DNA from: Candidatus Obscuribacteraceae bacterium
GTDB taxonomy: Bacteria > Cyanobacteriota > Vampirovibrionia > Obscuribacterales > Obscuribacteraceae
NCBI GenBank assembly: GCA_044226015.1
Contig: JBGAHS010000004.1
Location: 416,001-480,000, forward strand
Length of the DNA stretch: 64,000 nucleotides
Reading direction: 5' to 3'
Within the stretch, counting starts at the first letter, position 1, and every line of letters starts with the position of its first letter. Below are positions 10,852-21,347 of the stretch, one piece after another. The position numbers and the translations under genes were made by a program. The notes under the pieces were generated by a model that did no database searches, had not been told where the DNA came from, and saw only the letters and a program-made list of their open reading frames with translations.

Positions 10852-12035
10852 ACAATCCTGATGACGATGAGCGCGTTCGCCGCTGGCGACTTTTGCTTGG
10901 TGGCAATCAAAGCGATGGTACTGGATGCTCGTTGTCTGGCACAGATCTGAGCATGGATAATTGCCTCAGTGCTCTTTATGATGCTGAGCTTGAGGAAGAG
11001 CGAAAAGGCAAGTCACGAAAGTCGGGGCTTGGTGCTTCCGCACCAAACGTGGCTCGTTGGCTTGGTGACATTCGCACTTACTTTCCTGTTTCAGTGGTGC
11101 AGGTGATGCAAAAGGATGCTCTTGAGCGCTTGAACATTCAGCGCATGTTGCTTGAACCAGAGCTACTCGCGTCTGTAGAACCTGATGTGAATCTTGTGGC
11201 AACACTTATGACGCTCTCTCATGCAATGCCGAATAAGACAAAAGAAACCGCGCGGCTTGTGGTCAGGCGTGTTGTGGAAGATCTTCTAAAGCGTCTAGAA
11301 AACAAAACCAGGCAGGCCGTCATCGGTGCCATTAATCGCGCGAATAGAAATAACCGTCCTCGTCATAATGAGATCGATTGGAACCGAACCATTCGAGCCA
11401 ATCTGCGACATTATCAAAGAGATTTTCGCACCATTATTCCAGAGCGACGCATAGGGTATGGGCGCAAGCGCTCTTCAATGCAAGACATTATCTTGTGCGT
11501 AGACCAGAGTGGTTCAATGGCTACATCTGTGGTTTACTCAAGTATTTTTGCTGCGGTACTGTCCTCTATTCCTGCTTTGCGCACGTCTCTTGTTGTGTTT
11601 GATACTGCGGTTGTCGACCTGACTGAGAAGCTTCAAGATCCTGTAGAAGTCTTGTTCGGTGTTCAACTTGGTGGGGGCACCGATATCAATCGTGCATTGC
11701 AATATTGCAAGCAACTGGTTCGAGTTCCTTCTGAAACTGTGTTTGTTTTGATTAGTGATTTGTTTGAAGGCGGCAACAATGATGCAATGCTAAAGTGCAT
11801 GGCGTCTATGGTTCAGTCTGGAGTGAATGCAGTAGCTTTGTTGGCTTTGAACGATGATGGTGCTCCCTTGTATGACCACAACAATGCTGCTGCTTTTGCA
11901 GCTATGGATATTCCATCTTTTGCTTGCACGCCCGACCTCTTTCCGGAACTCATGGCTACAGCGTTAGCGAAACGGGATATGCATCAGTGGATTGCGGCAC
12001 AGGAATTGATTGTTTCGCGTGCTAAAGACAAGTAA
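10848..12035 (+). CDS. VWA domain protein (CoxE/YehP-like)
   Basis: RRWRLLLG, IDWNRTIRANL, MIDAS DQSGSM, GGGTDI, LISD; 4-nt ATGA overlap with the upstream gene. Confidence 0.9.
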   Translation: MNNPDDDERVRRWRLLLGGNQSDGTGCSLSGTDLSMDNCLSALYDAELEEERKGKSRKSGLGASAPNVARWLGDIRTYFPVSVVQVMQKDALERLNIQRMLLEPELLASVEPDVNLVATLMTLSHAMPNKTKETARLVVRRVVEDLLKRLENKTRQAVIGAINRANRNNRPRHNEIDWNRTIRANLRHYQRDFRTIIPERRIGYGRKRSSMQDIILCVDQSGSMATSVVYSSIFAAVLSSIPALRTSLVVFDTAVVDLTEKLQDPVEVLFGVQLGGGTDINRALQYCKQLVRVPSETVFVLISDLFEGGNNDAMLKCMASMVQSGVNAVALLALNDDGAPLYDHNNAAAFAAMDIPSFACTPDLFPELMATALAKRDMHQWIAAQELIVSRAKDK

Positions 12036-12074
12036 TGCGGCGAGATCTTCTGAATCGCCGCATTTCTTCTTTTG
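12034..12074 (+). terminator. intrinsic terminator of the yeh-like operon
   Basis: Stem AATGCGGCGA/TCGCCGCATT followed by TCTTCTTTT, directly after the VWA stop. Confidence 0.7.
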
Positions 12075-12088
12075 ACTATTCAGTTGAT

Positions 12089-12988
12089 CTACCAGTGTTT
12101 CAAACGCGCTAAGTGCTCGTTAATACCTTTGACTAGCATATCTTTCTGCGCTGATTCTTTTACCTTGGCTAGAACTTCAAGAGCTGAGTTCAAGTTCTTC
12201 TTTGCCTTGCCAAAGTTGTTGACTGCAAAGTAGTTTGAACCAAGATTCGCATAGGCACTAGCGTACTGCATGATGATATTGTCTACGAACTCACGATTTG
12301 GCACCTTCGCATCTGGTGTCACTTTGTTGAACGATTCCATTCCTTGCTGGAAGTATTCGATTGCACGCTCGTTCCAAACAATTGCGCTATGCGAGTCACC
12401 AAGTATTTGTTGCGCCATTCCAATGTATGCACAAAGAGGAGCTAGATTCTGATCCTTTTTCTTTGTTGCATCATATTCTTGCGAGCCAAATGCAATGAGT
12501 TCTTTCCACTGTTGCTTGTTTGCCATCATAGCCATCTTGCCTTGAGATGCCCACGCAGTGCTTCCGGGGAAAAACTTTTTGTATTTTAGTGCGATGCTGC
12601 AGACCATTTCTTGCGCGTGAAATGCTTGAAGTTGACTAGCTAACATTGCCACGCCAGCGAATGATGCCCAAATAATTCCTCTGAGAACGAAGCCCAGCAC
12701 GACGGTTACAACTGTCAACCCGACCACTGTCAGCCAATCTACTGGTGAGTGCTTAAAAGCAGTGACGAATCCTTGCGACAGGAGGTAAGAAGAACCAACA
12801 AGAAGAACGACACCGAAGCTAAGCCCACCAATAAATATGGACTTGCACAGCTTGTCTTGCTTGCCAGGCTCCGCTGGAATTTCTGGCGGCTTAGGCATTT
12901 GAGTTTTTGGCATAACTTGTTTCTGCACTGTTTGGCGGCGGTAGTTCTGTACTTTAGGCATCGTCGGCAACCCCTGGGATACGAACAT
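12089..12988 (-). CDS. membrane protein with C-terminal TPR-like helices
   Basis: 2-3 TM segments, then helical repeats (AYANLGSNYF..KAKKNLNSAL). Confidence 0.7.
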   Translation of the reverse strand: MFVSQGLPTMPKVQNYRRQTVQKQVMPKTQMPKPPEIPAEPGKQDKLCKSIFIGGLSFGVVLLVGSSYLLSQGFVTAFKHSPVDWLTVVGLTVVTVVLGFVLRGIIWASFAGVAMLASQLQAFHAQEMVCSIALKYKKFFPGSTAWASQGKMAMMANKQQWKELIAFGSQEYDATKKKDQNLAPLCAYIGMAQQILGDSHSAIVWNERAIEYFQQGMESFNKVTPDAKVPNREFVDNIIMQYASAYANLGSNYFAVNNFGKAKKNLNSALEVLAKVKESAQKDMLVKGINEHLARLKHW

Positions 12989-13148
12989 AATCTTATCAAG
13001 AGAACCACTTGTGAACCCTTTTTCTCAACTCATAATTCTCAAAACTAAGACTGCGCAAGGACAGCTGACGTTAAGACTTGTTTCAGGCAATAGTCAGAAC
13101 TAACTTCCCCGTGAATCTCTTAAAAGTGCTTGGACGGTGCGTAGTAAC

Positions 13149-13844
13149 TTAGTGTCCTTCGATAGCCAGCAAATTTGGGGCAATGTTCAGCTTTGCTGGC
13201 GAATCCTGAAGTGCGTTGATGAGGAGGACTTTTTCTTCCTTACTTATTCCTGCGAGCCTTATTCGGAGAGTCTTTTTCTCTCCTGCTCGAATCACTATTT
13301 CTCCGGCTCCGGGAATCGCAGCGTGATTGACGTAATCGACCTCCAATATTTCATTCCAAAATGTCGTTTTTGACGCGCTGTTTAGTTTGATTCCTTCTCC
13401 GTTCAAGATGACTTTTGAAGCAGTTCGTGATGCAAAAAATAGAGTACACAGAAGAAGCAGCACTGAAAGCGCAACGCTACCAAAACCCAACCATTCTACT
13501 GCCTGGTGACTGGTGGCTACGATTGTTTTGATTATGGGATAAGTAGTGTTGCCTTGAACCCAAGCTGGACCTACAGTTTGGGTCGCACTCGTAATAGGGT
13601 ATGCTTCAATCTCTGCTTTGACGAACGAGTATTTTTCTGGAAGTTTGAGATCGCTCAAATTCCATCCGTCCTGTGAGCGCAGAATCTCGGCTATCTCTCT
13701 GTTCGGCGTTATCACTTGAAGGTAGCAATAAAGTGCAGCAAGAATTGAAAGTGCAACAATTAACCAGTGCTGTCCGTTTCTCGGACTGGGCGCATGCGGA
13801 TTGTAATTGACAATAATTTGTTTGTCGTTCGTCATCAAGTTCAC
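13149..13844 (-). CDS. hypothetical membrane protein, possible bacterial PH-like C-terminus
   Basis: Two TM segments, then VILNGEGI...FWNEILEV pattern. Confidence 0.6.
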   Translation of the reverse strand: MNLMTNDKQIIVNYNPHAPSPRNGQHWLIVALSILAALYCYLQVITPNREIAEILRSQDGWNLSDLKLPEKYSFVKAEIEAYPITSATQTVGPAWVQGNTTYPIIKTIVATSHQAVEWLGFGSVALSVLLLLCTLFFASRTASKVILNGEGIKLNSASKTTFWNEILEVDYVNHAAIPGAGEIVIRAGEKKTLRIRLAGISKEEKVLLINALQDSPAKLNIAPNLLAIEGH

Positions 13845-14143
13845 CGGCTATTAGAGTCAATGGTATCACTCGCTTGCAGGAAGTTCATCGCGCAGAAGTC
13901 AGGGAAACTTCTGCGGCTTGTAAAGCTGCGTGGATCTCTTAAGTGTAGCTAAGAAAGTAAAGAATCGGCTCCTTATCAATGCGGGGCGAGAAGCTTTCTT
14001 ATGCATCCGTAAATCGGTGGATGTCAGTATCTCTTTGCCACTATTAAATTGAACAAAAAACAAATACTATTTCTATGTATCCCATACTGACCGCTTGGAA
14101 ACATCGTAGTTCCGCGGAGTCCAAGGTTCACGAAAGGAGACGT

Positions 14144-14911
14144 ATGAATACTCGTAACAAGGCTATCGTCGCACTGGGTCTCATGGCTGGTCTCTCGCAA
14201 TGTCCGATTGCAAGTGCTCAGGCTGTCGACCCGGTGACTGCCATTGCTTACAGGCTTGCACCTATGGCTCTGCCACTTGCTGCAAGTGTGATATCAGCTG
14301 CGGTACCAGTGGTAGCGAATACAACCTTATTCGGCGCGCGGGCATTTGCTCTGACGGTGCGTGCTGGCTCACTTTTACCAGCATATGCCAAAGAGCGAAT
14401 GGGCGAAATTCCAAGACCTCACTTGTTTCACAGAGACCCAGAGGCGCCAGCTCCTAAGGTCGCCTATGTGCCAAAGGGTAAAGTCTCTGACGACAATCCT
14501 TCCAAGGACATTCCATCCGAAGCGAGTGCAGTTGCCGACCCATCCTGGTCTACTAAACTTACCGATGTCTCGCCTGCCAATGCCGAAACAGAGTTTGCTA
14601 AGAGTAGCGTAAGTGCTGTTGTACAAACTGAACAGGGACAAGCTCTAACAGAGACAACGTCTGCTGCTGGTACCGTAGATGGTTCCACTATTCAGGAAGC
14701 ATTCGCTGAGCCAGGTCCGGCTCTTCGGGGTGTACCGGAATCTGCTGAGACAGCAGAGCCTGCAGCAAAAGCCACTGTTGAACCAGCTCAGGTGGAACGC
14801 GTGCAGGTTCGGGTAAACAAGAAAGAGCCTAGCTATTCCTCGGCAGATGTACCAGTGGTGATGCACAAGGCTAAATCGGATGGTCACGGCGGCTGGTTGC
14901 GCGCTGACTAG
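14144..14911 (+). CDS. secreted low-complexity (Ala/Pro/Glu/Thr-rich) hypothetical protein
   Basis: Strong RBS AAAGGAGA before ATG 14144; signal peptide ending ASA-QA; disordered C-terminal half. Confidence 0.7.
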   Translation: MNTRNKAIVALGLMAGLSQCPIASAQAVDPVTAIAYRLAPMALPLAASVISAAVPVVANTTLFGARAFALTVRAGSLLPAYAKERMGEIPRPHLFHRDPEAPAPKVAYVPKGKVSDDNPSKDIPSEASAVADPSWSTKLTDVSPANAETEFAKSSVSAVVQTEQGQALTETTSAAGTVDGSTIQEAFAEPGPALRGVPESAETAEPAAKATVEPAQVERVQVRVNKKEPSYSSADVPVVMHKAKSDGHGGWLRAD

Positions 14912-17106
14912 TTTTTGATATTCATCGCCTTTTTGAGAAATGCCCATTTGCTGGCATATTCTTCGATTTGTTGTGTACGTGCTTTTTCGAATCCATGCCC
15001 TCCATCACCGGCATGCCCTGCTCTTGCACCAACATAGAGAAGCACTGCATTCTTTTCGTTTGCCTGAGCGCGTTGTGCGGCAGCAGTGAACTTAAAGCTA
15101 TGGGAGGGAATGACTCTATCGTCATTTGCTTCTGTCATTGTCAGAACCGCAGGCAGTCCAACGCCTCGCTTGAGATTATGCAATGGCGAGTACTTTAGAA
15201 AATTCTGGAAGTCTTTTGGATTTGAAGGATAGCCGTATTCCTGCTGCCAACTTGCGCCTGGTCCAATTTGAGGGAAGCGCAGCATGTCGAATAGTCCAAC
15301 TTCAGGAATCGCAGCCGCGAACATGTCCGGACGCTGTACGAGAGTTGCTCCGACTAGCAGTCCACCATTGCTGCGTCCGCCGATAGATAACTTGCTTCCG
15401 TTTGTGTATTTGTTATCGATTAAGTACTGCGCGGAAGAGATGTAGTCATCAAATACATTTTGTTTGTTTACGCCCGTTCCACCTTGATGCCATTTCTCGC
15501 CGTATTCTGCACCTCCACGCAGGTTTGAAACCACCAATATGCCACCATCTTGCAGCCATGGAATGTTACCGTTGTCGAACACCGGAGTTCTATTTATTCC
15601 AAACCCGCCATATCCGTGTAGGTAAGCAGGGTTCTTTCCGTCTAATTCCAAACCTTTCTTATGAACTATGAAAAGATGCACGGGGGTGCCATCTTTGCTT
15701 TTACAGACCTTCTCTTCCGTGACGAAATCATTAGGGTTAAAGGATGTAGGTTTTGATTGAAATTCAGTGTGAGTATTCCCAGTGGATGCATCGCATTTAA
15801 TCACCATATTTGGTGTCGTGAAGTTTGAATAGGTAAAGAAAAAATCCTTATCTTTGTCGGAACCATTTATGCTTCGTACACTGCCTCTCCCTGGGAGATC
15901 GATGTTTTTGATTAGCTTTCCATCAGTGTCGAAGAGTTTCAATTCGCTGCAGGCATCGTTAAGATAGTGAGCAAGAATTTTTCCGCCGACCATTTTTGTT
16001 TCGAGCAGTAGATCCTTTGTTTCTGGAATAATGTCTTTTGACTCGCCAGTCTTTTCGTCAACCAGAACAATTTTATTGTTCTGTGCATTTTTATTGCTCA
16101 TCAATAAGGTGCCGCTGTCAATGTTTGCAAGTACTTCAGGGTGAGAGCCTATGGAAACACTCGGTTCTCTTTTTTCAAATGAAACACCCTTCGGTAGCTT
16201 TGTTGTTTCCTTCTGCGCTTGAATGTCATAAATGACTGTTCGTGTTTTGTCTTGTCCGCAGTCAGCATAGTTAAACTTCGCGAAGTTACCGTCATTTGAA
16301 ATCGTGACGTTGCGCACAATGCCGTGCCCGTCTGCACTGAGTTTGCTTGGGGCGAGAATCGTTCGGGGCTTGTCTCCCAAATTGTCCATCACACAGAGTT
16401 CAGGCTGCTCTTTCTTTCCATCTTGCTTCCACACATAATATTTGTCGCCCTGCTTCCACATATCGCAACGCTGCTCGTAGTCATAAACCTTTTCGAGGCG
16501 CTGCAGCAAATCCGCACGTTGTGGAATGCCCGCAAGATATCGCTCTGTTAAGTCTGTTTGCTTTTTTACCCAGTCTTTTGTTTCTTTTGAATCGGTTTTT
16601 TCCAACCACTGGTAAGGGTCAGCAATCTTGCTTTTGCCATAGCTGTCCTCATAATCGAATCGTTTTGATTCAGGGTAGGTTTCCTCTTTTCCATTGATTT
16701 GAAGCTTGGGCAGTGGACCATTATCAGGAATCTCTTGCGGAATCTTAACAGGCTTTTTGTCCGCTCCATCATTCGGCTTGTTTTTGCGTTCGGGATTGGT
16801 CTTGTCTGTCTTATCTTTCTCGTCCTGCGGGGTCTCATGCCTGTTCGGCTTCGATCTCAGTCTGTCGAAAAATCTGTCTAAGTTTATGAAATTGAGCTGG
16901 GAATCATTAGCCCGACGGTGGCAATCAGTTGTTCTTACGCTTCTAGGAAATCCGCTTAAAGACTCACCTTTATTTACGGGAGCTGCAATGTCGAGGAAGC
17001 TGAGTTGATCGCCCTTGGGATTAGCAGCAAAAAACTCTGTTAGAAGCTTCTCTTCCGCAGAAATGGAATCAGATTTGCTTAAATTCTCAGCAGGAGGCAC
17101 AGTCAA
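14908..17106 (-). CDS. prolyl oligopeptidase (S9A) with N-terminal extension
   Basis: ADPYQWLE, SKDGT, GYGGF, NLRGGAEYG, GRSNGG (Ser), DDRV (Asp), AGH (His). Confidence 0.92.
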   Translation of the reverse strand: MTVPPAENLSKSDSISAEEKLLTEFFAANPKGDQLSFLDIAAPVNKGESLSGFPRSVRTTDCHRRANDSQLNFINLDRFFDRLRSKPNRHETPQDEKDKTDKTNPERKNKPNDGADKKPVKIPQEIPDNGPLPKLQINGKEETYPESKRFDYEDSYGKSKIADPYQWLEKTDSKETKDWVKKQTDLTERYLAGIPQRADLLQRLEKVYDYEQRCDMWKQGDKYYVWKQDGKKEQPELCVMDNLGDKPRTILAPSKLSADGHGIVRNVTISNDGNFAKFNYADCGQDKTRTVIYDIQAQKETTKLPKGVSFEKREPSVSIGSHPEVLANIDSGTLLMSNKNAQNNKIVLVDEKTGESKDIIPETKDLLLETKMVGGKILAHYLNDACSELKLFDTDGKLIKNIDLPGRGSVRSINGSDKDKDFFFTYSNFTTPNMVIKCDASTGNTHTEFQSKPTSFNPNDFVTEEKVCKSKDGTPVHLFIVHKKGLELDGKNPAYLHGYGGFGINRTPVFDNGNIPWLQDGGILVVSNLRGGAEYGEKWHQGGTGVNKQNVFDDYISSAQYLIDNKYTNGSKLSIGGRSNGGLLVGATLVQRPDMFAAAIPEVGLFDMLRFPQIGPGASWQQEYGYPSNPKDFQNFLKYSPLHNLKRGVGLPAVLTMTEANDDRVIPSHSFKFTAAAQRAQANEKNAVLLYVGARAGHAGDGGHGFEKARTQQIEEYASKWAFLKKAMNIKN

Positions 17107-17299
17107 TCCCTATTGACCAGCCGCCGAACCACACCCTATTAGTAGCTGAACTTTGTGGAATTTTCGTTTATTCAGTGCTGTCGGGCATCCAAAGACTTGT
17201 ATGCAAGTTAATCTTTCTGATTGGTCGCCCAGATAACTTGTGATGCTTCGAGATGCTGATGCTTGAGTGTAAAATAGCGTTGGCGTTGAGATTGAAGAA

Positions 17300-18628
17300 T
17301 TGAAGAAGCGACCGTTTAGCCTCATATCGTTTCCCTATGCTTGTCTTCTGGTGTACTGGTTCCTCTTTGCTTTGTTTGGGCTTTTGAGCGAACTCGTGCT
17401 GCCTCCTGCTCTCGTTTTTAAGAAAGATGGCAAAATCGCAATTGCTGACTTCATTTGCTTTTATGAAGCCGGAAAAATAGCTGTTCAGACTGCATTTCAG
17501 AATATCAGTATCTACGATTACAAGATGCAGCTGGACGAGTTGAACAGAATTATTTCTCCGGAAAAAAGCGATCTTGTTTTTGCCATTCCATATCCTCCGC
17601 CTTTCTATCTCTCGTTTGTTCCCTTCAGTTTGCTATCTTTGTCCAATGCATTTCGAGTCTGGTTGGCGATATCACTTTGCTTTGGTACTGCCGCAATAAC
17701 CGCATTATTGAAGTTGCGTGGAAACTTCAGTCGGCTATCAATTTTCATGTTTATTTGTGCTGCATTTGTCAGTATTCCATCACAAATTACGCTCTCAATA
17801 GGGCAGCTAGTCTGGTTTAACCTGGGTCTGCTTTCAGGTTTTGCATATTGTTCTTTGAAAAAACGAGATGTTCTAGCTGGAATCTTTCTGGCTCTCAGTC
17901 TTCTGAAACCAACACTTGCTCTTTTCGCCTTTGTATATTGTCTGGCCGCGAGAAGGTGGCGGATTGTCTGTTCCACTCTGATAACTTATGCGATTTTTGC
18001 TTCGATATGCGTATGCACCTTCGGCTTGAAGTCATGCCTTGATTATCTGCCGTACGTTGCTGCAGCCTCTAGCTCGCCGCTTTTCTTTGGTTTGACTTTG
18101 GAAAGCCAGGCTAATTTGCATGCAATGTTTGCACTATTTCTCCCACGAAATATCGCAAGTCTACTTGCCTATGCAGGGCTGCTTCTTGGACTGGCTCTGG
18201 TCTGTTATGTTGCAAACCAGCAGCGCAAGCAGATTGGTGAGAAGTCTGAGCTGATGTGGAAGTGGGGGCTCGCGTTAACACTGGTAATGTGTCTTTTCTT
18301 CAGTCCTCATGCGCATTTTCCGGATGGACTTTTGCTTGCGTTAAGTGCTGCCCTGACACTACCCACGGTGTCTTTTGTTGAATCGATTAGGATGAAGGGG
18401 GCACTCGGCGTCTGGTCTAGAACGCTGATTTGCTACTCTCTGGTAGGCTTCTTCGTTCTAATTGCGGCTGGGTTTATTTATCAGGTTAAGCCGATAGTAC
18501 TGTTTTTGTTGAACGCAACGCTCTTATCTTCAGGGCTGCTGTACTTTTCTCAGTTAAGCGCAGGCACGAATAATCAACCAATCTCAGGACTTCTTGATTC
18601 CGATGAACCTGATTCCAACCTGGTTTAG
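17300..18628 (+). CDS. GT87/DUF2029-like polytopic glycosyltransferase
   Basis: DFICFY, YPPP, GQ and LKP motifs; many TM helices. Confidence 0.8.
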   Translation: MKKRPFSLISFPYACLLVYWFLFALFGLLSELVLPPALVFKKDGKIAIADFICFYEAGKIAVQTAFQNISIYDYKMQLDELNRIISPEKSDLVFAIPYPPPFYLSFVPFSLLSLSNAFRVWLAISLCFGTAAITALLKLRGNFSRLSIFMFICAAFVSIPSQITLSIGQLVWFNLGLLSGFAYCSLKKRDVLAGIFLALSLLKPTLALFAFVYCLAARRWRIVCSTLITYAIFASICVCTFGLKSCLDYLPYVAAASSSPLFFGLTLESQANLHAMFALFLPRNIASLLAYAGLLLGLALVCYVANQQRKQIGEKSELMWKWGLALTLVMCLFFSPHAHFPDGLLLALSAALTLPTVSFVESIRMKGALGVWSRTLICYSLVGFFVLIAAGFIYQVKPIVLFLLNATLLSSGLLYFSQLSAGTNNQPISGLLDSDEPDSNLV

Positions 18629-19369
18629 TTGATTTGCCGCACAAAGCCTGCTTTCCCATTCATATAGTCGTTCGCTCTGTTTCTCGCTTATATCCTCTTG
18701 AAAGTACCGATAGAGATATGGCAAATCAAGTTCGAGTACTGTAGTGAATTTCTCTTTCAGCAAAGGCATAAACTCAGTTGAACGAAGAACACCATGCTGC
18801 TCGTGGTGAGAGCGTAAATCTGCAAGCAGGTCTTGCGGAATTTGCCCATTCTCGAGCTTTGGTCCGCGGCTCTTGCCCGCTTCGAGATCTGCAAGGACCA
18901 GTGACTTAACCCCGTAATAGAACAATGCTTCTCGCGTTTCAATGCGTTCTATGGCGAAGTCGTCCAGTATTAATTTCCCGCCGTTTTTCAATAGCTCAAA
19001 TGATTTTTCAATTGCCTTATGGGGCGGGTGAATGTGATGAAGCGAGCGACTGAACAGCAAGCAATCAAATTGTTCTGAATGGCTGAATTCGAGAAAATCA
19101 ACAAGCTTTGTCTCAACACCATTCTCTGCTGCCTCCGCTACTGCATCTGCATTGCCATCGATCGCAAGCACATTAAAGCCCTTATTCAACAGTGGTTTTG
19201 CAACGCATCCAGTTCCACTGCCGACGTCGAGTATGCTTGCACCTGTCTTGAGTTGACTTGAAACAAAATCTGCGGTTTGTTCTGCGCCTAGATTTCTCTT
19301 GTTAAAATCAATTTTCTGCTTGCGACAATCTTCGTGTCTGTGTTCGTGAATGTGACCCTGCGTATGCAT
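18584..19369 (-). CDS. class I SAM-dependent methyltransferase
   Basis: ILDVGSGTG, FDCLLFSRSLHHI, LKNGGKLIL; His-rich N-terminus. Confidence 0.88.
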   Translation of the reverse strand: MHTQGHIHEHRHEDCRKQKIDFNKRNLGAEQTADFVSSQLKTGASILDVGSGTGCVAKPLLNKGFNVLAIDGNADAVAEAAENGVETKLVDFLEFSHSEQFDCLLFSRSLHHIHPPHKAIEKSFELLKNGGKLILDDFAIERIETREALFYYGVKSLVLADLEAGKSRGPKLENGQIPQDLLADLRSHHEQHGVLRSTEFMPLLKEKFTTVLELDLPYLYRYFQEDISEKQSERLYEWESRLCAANQLNQVGIRFIGIKKS

Positions 19370-19405
19370 TGCGCTCTCTCTAGAGTTTGTTTGAATAGTA
19401 GAAGA

Positions 19406-19777
19406 CTACTTTGTCGGTTCTCCAAGGACTTTCTTGCACTCCTCGAGTAACTGCACTGGAACAAAAGGCTTGGTGAGTACGGAAATCACATTCAAATTAT
19501 CATACTGTTTGAGTTCGTCAGTTTCGGTTTTTGCCGTGACAAAGATAACAGGAGCATTTGAACCTTGTTCACGTAGTTTTTTTAGAGTCTGCGCCCCGTC
19601 GAACCCTGGCATTATGAAGTCCAGCAAGATCAGCTTGGGCTGCTCTTTTAAGGCTACCTTCAGTGCCTCTGCGCCATTGACTGCGGAGAGTACTTTGCAG
19701 TCCCAGTGGCTCTCAATTGCGTTTTTTGCAATGATTCTAATCGTTGCGTCATTGTCTACCATTAGTACGATGAACAT
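19406..19777 (-). CDS. single-domain response regulator (CheY-like)
   Basis: ILLDFIMPGFDG phospho-Asp, FVTA, TKPF. Confidence 0.9.
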   Translation of the reverse strand: MFIVLMVDNDATIRIIAKNAIESHWDCKVLSAVNGAEALKVALKEQPKLILLDFIMPGFDGAQTLKKLREQGSNAPVIFVTAKTETDELKQYDNLNVISVLTKPFVPVQLLEECKKVLGEPTK

Positions 19778-19941
19778 GATTTCCTCGTTTCAGAAGATGT
19801 TTGATGAAATAGCTTTGATGCGTATGAGCTAAACATATTGCCAAGATTCAACAGTTTTCCATTATGATTACTGCCCTACTAGAGTTTTGATCAAATGCTA
19901 GCATTAACTAGCACAAATGTGGACGTTGCAAGAGTTGCATT

Positions 19942-21312
19942 GTGTCAAATTTAGCCGCTGAAGAATTTAATAGCAGAAGTGAACATGTCGAAAAGCCTAA
20001 CTGGCATGTACTTCTGGCGACATGGTTGGGTGGCATGTTCGATGGCATGGACTCCTCCATATTTGCGATTGTTCTCTACCCTTCTTTGTCAGAAATGCTT
20101 CATACAACCTCACATTCAGTGGTTGGGCTTCATGGGTCTTATGTGGTTGCAGTCTTCATGTTGGGTTGGGCGCTTGGTGCAATCTTATTTGGAGTACTAG
20201 CTGATTACATTGGCAGAGCGCGTACTATGACATTGACCATCCTTCTCTATGCACTCTGCACAGGGCTCTGCGCTACCGCGCATAACTGGTGGGAACTGGC
20301 AATCTATCGGTTCCTTGTAGGTGCTGGTATTGGTGGCGAAATGGGCATTGGAGCTGTGATGTTATCGGAGTGCTGGCCCAATAAGTCACGAGTCTTTGCC
20401 ATAGGAGCAATGGCTAGTTCGCTGGGCTTTGGATACATGGCTACGGCGACGTTGAATCTTTTTCTAGGGCATCATGGCTGGCGTTGGTTGTTTGTAGCAG
20501 GCGTTGTACCGGCGTTTCTCACTGTCTACATTCGAGCGAAACTAAAAGAGCCAGAGCAATTTGTTCAAAGCCAGGCGATGATCGCCGCTGCAAAATCTAA
20601 GCCTGTGGAGTCAAGAACAGAGGATGAACACCGGCTGCTTAGAACAACAATTCAAGAATTGTTCGAGCCGGCAAATCTCAAGAAAACATGGCTCTTAGTT
20701 GCTTTGACCAGTACCGCAATTATTGGATGGTGGGCTGTTCTTGCCTGGATTCCCGCATGGATAAATCAACTGACCGGCCAGCTTGCGGTCGAGCAACGTA
20801 GCATTGCCATGTTCTTCAAAGACACTGGAATGATTCTCTCTGGTTTTGTCGGTTGTTGGGTCATCAGCAAGCTTGGTTACAAGCGAACGACTTTGCTCAC
20901 TTTCGTGCTTGCTTTTCTTTCTTCAACAGGAATGTTCTTGTTGAACAAAACCTATAGCACATCGCTGCTTTGCTGGATTCTGTTGGTTGGTTTTTGGTGC
21001 CATTTACCATTTGTGGTTTTGTGGAGCTACATACCAGAGTGCTTTGAAGCGAGAATTCGAAGCACCGCATTTGGTGTAGCCTTCAACCTGGGAAGATTCG
21101 CTGCAGCTGCGGCCGCATTGCTCAGCGGTAACCTGATTACAATTTTTGGCGGGTCATATGCAATGGCCGCCTCAAGTATTGCCAGCATTTATTTGCTAGG
21201 GTTGATTCCCACCCTGTTCATGCCAAAAACATCAGGAACAATGCTTTTGAACCGACGGGAATCTTCTGTCACCCTTGAGGCGCCTGAAGGAGCTCAAGCT
21301 AGCGAAGCTTGA
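19942..21312 (+). CDS. MFS transporter (NanT/SHS-like)
   Basis: FDGMD, GVLADYIGR motif A, RFLVGAGIGGE, 12 TM segments. Confidence 0.9.
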   Translation: MSNLAAEEFNSRSEHVEKPNWHVLLATWLGGMFDGMDSSIFAIVLYPSLSEMLHTTSHSVVGLHGSYVVAVFMLGWALGAILFGVLADYIGRARTMTLTILLYALCTGLCATAHNWWELAIYRFLVGAGIGGEMGIGAVMLSECWPNKSRVFAIGAMASSLGFGYMATATLNLFLGHHGWRWLFVAGVVPAFLTVYIRAKLKEPEQFVQSQAMIAAAKSKPVESRTEDEHRLLRTTIQELFEPANLKKTWLLVALTSTAIIGWWAVLAWIPAWINQLTGQLAVEQRSIAMFFKDTGMILSGFVGCWVISKLGYKRTTLLTFVLAFLSSTGMFLLNKTYSTSLLCWILLVGFWCHLPFVVLWSYIPECFEARIRSTAFGVAFNLGRFAAAAAALLSGNLITIFGGSYAMAASSIASIYLLGLIPTLFMPKTSGTMLLNRRESSVTLEAPEGAQASEA

Positions 21313-21347
21313 TGTTTTTAGTCTGGTCTATGATCTCTAACTACAGC

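Noticed and set aside
13891..13915. Hairpin CGCAGAAGT/ACTTCTGCG in a divergent intergenic region
   Set aside because: A 9-bp stem alone does not support an ncRNA or riboswitch call.
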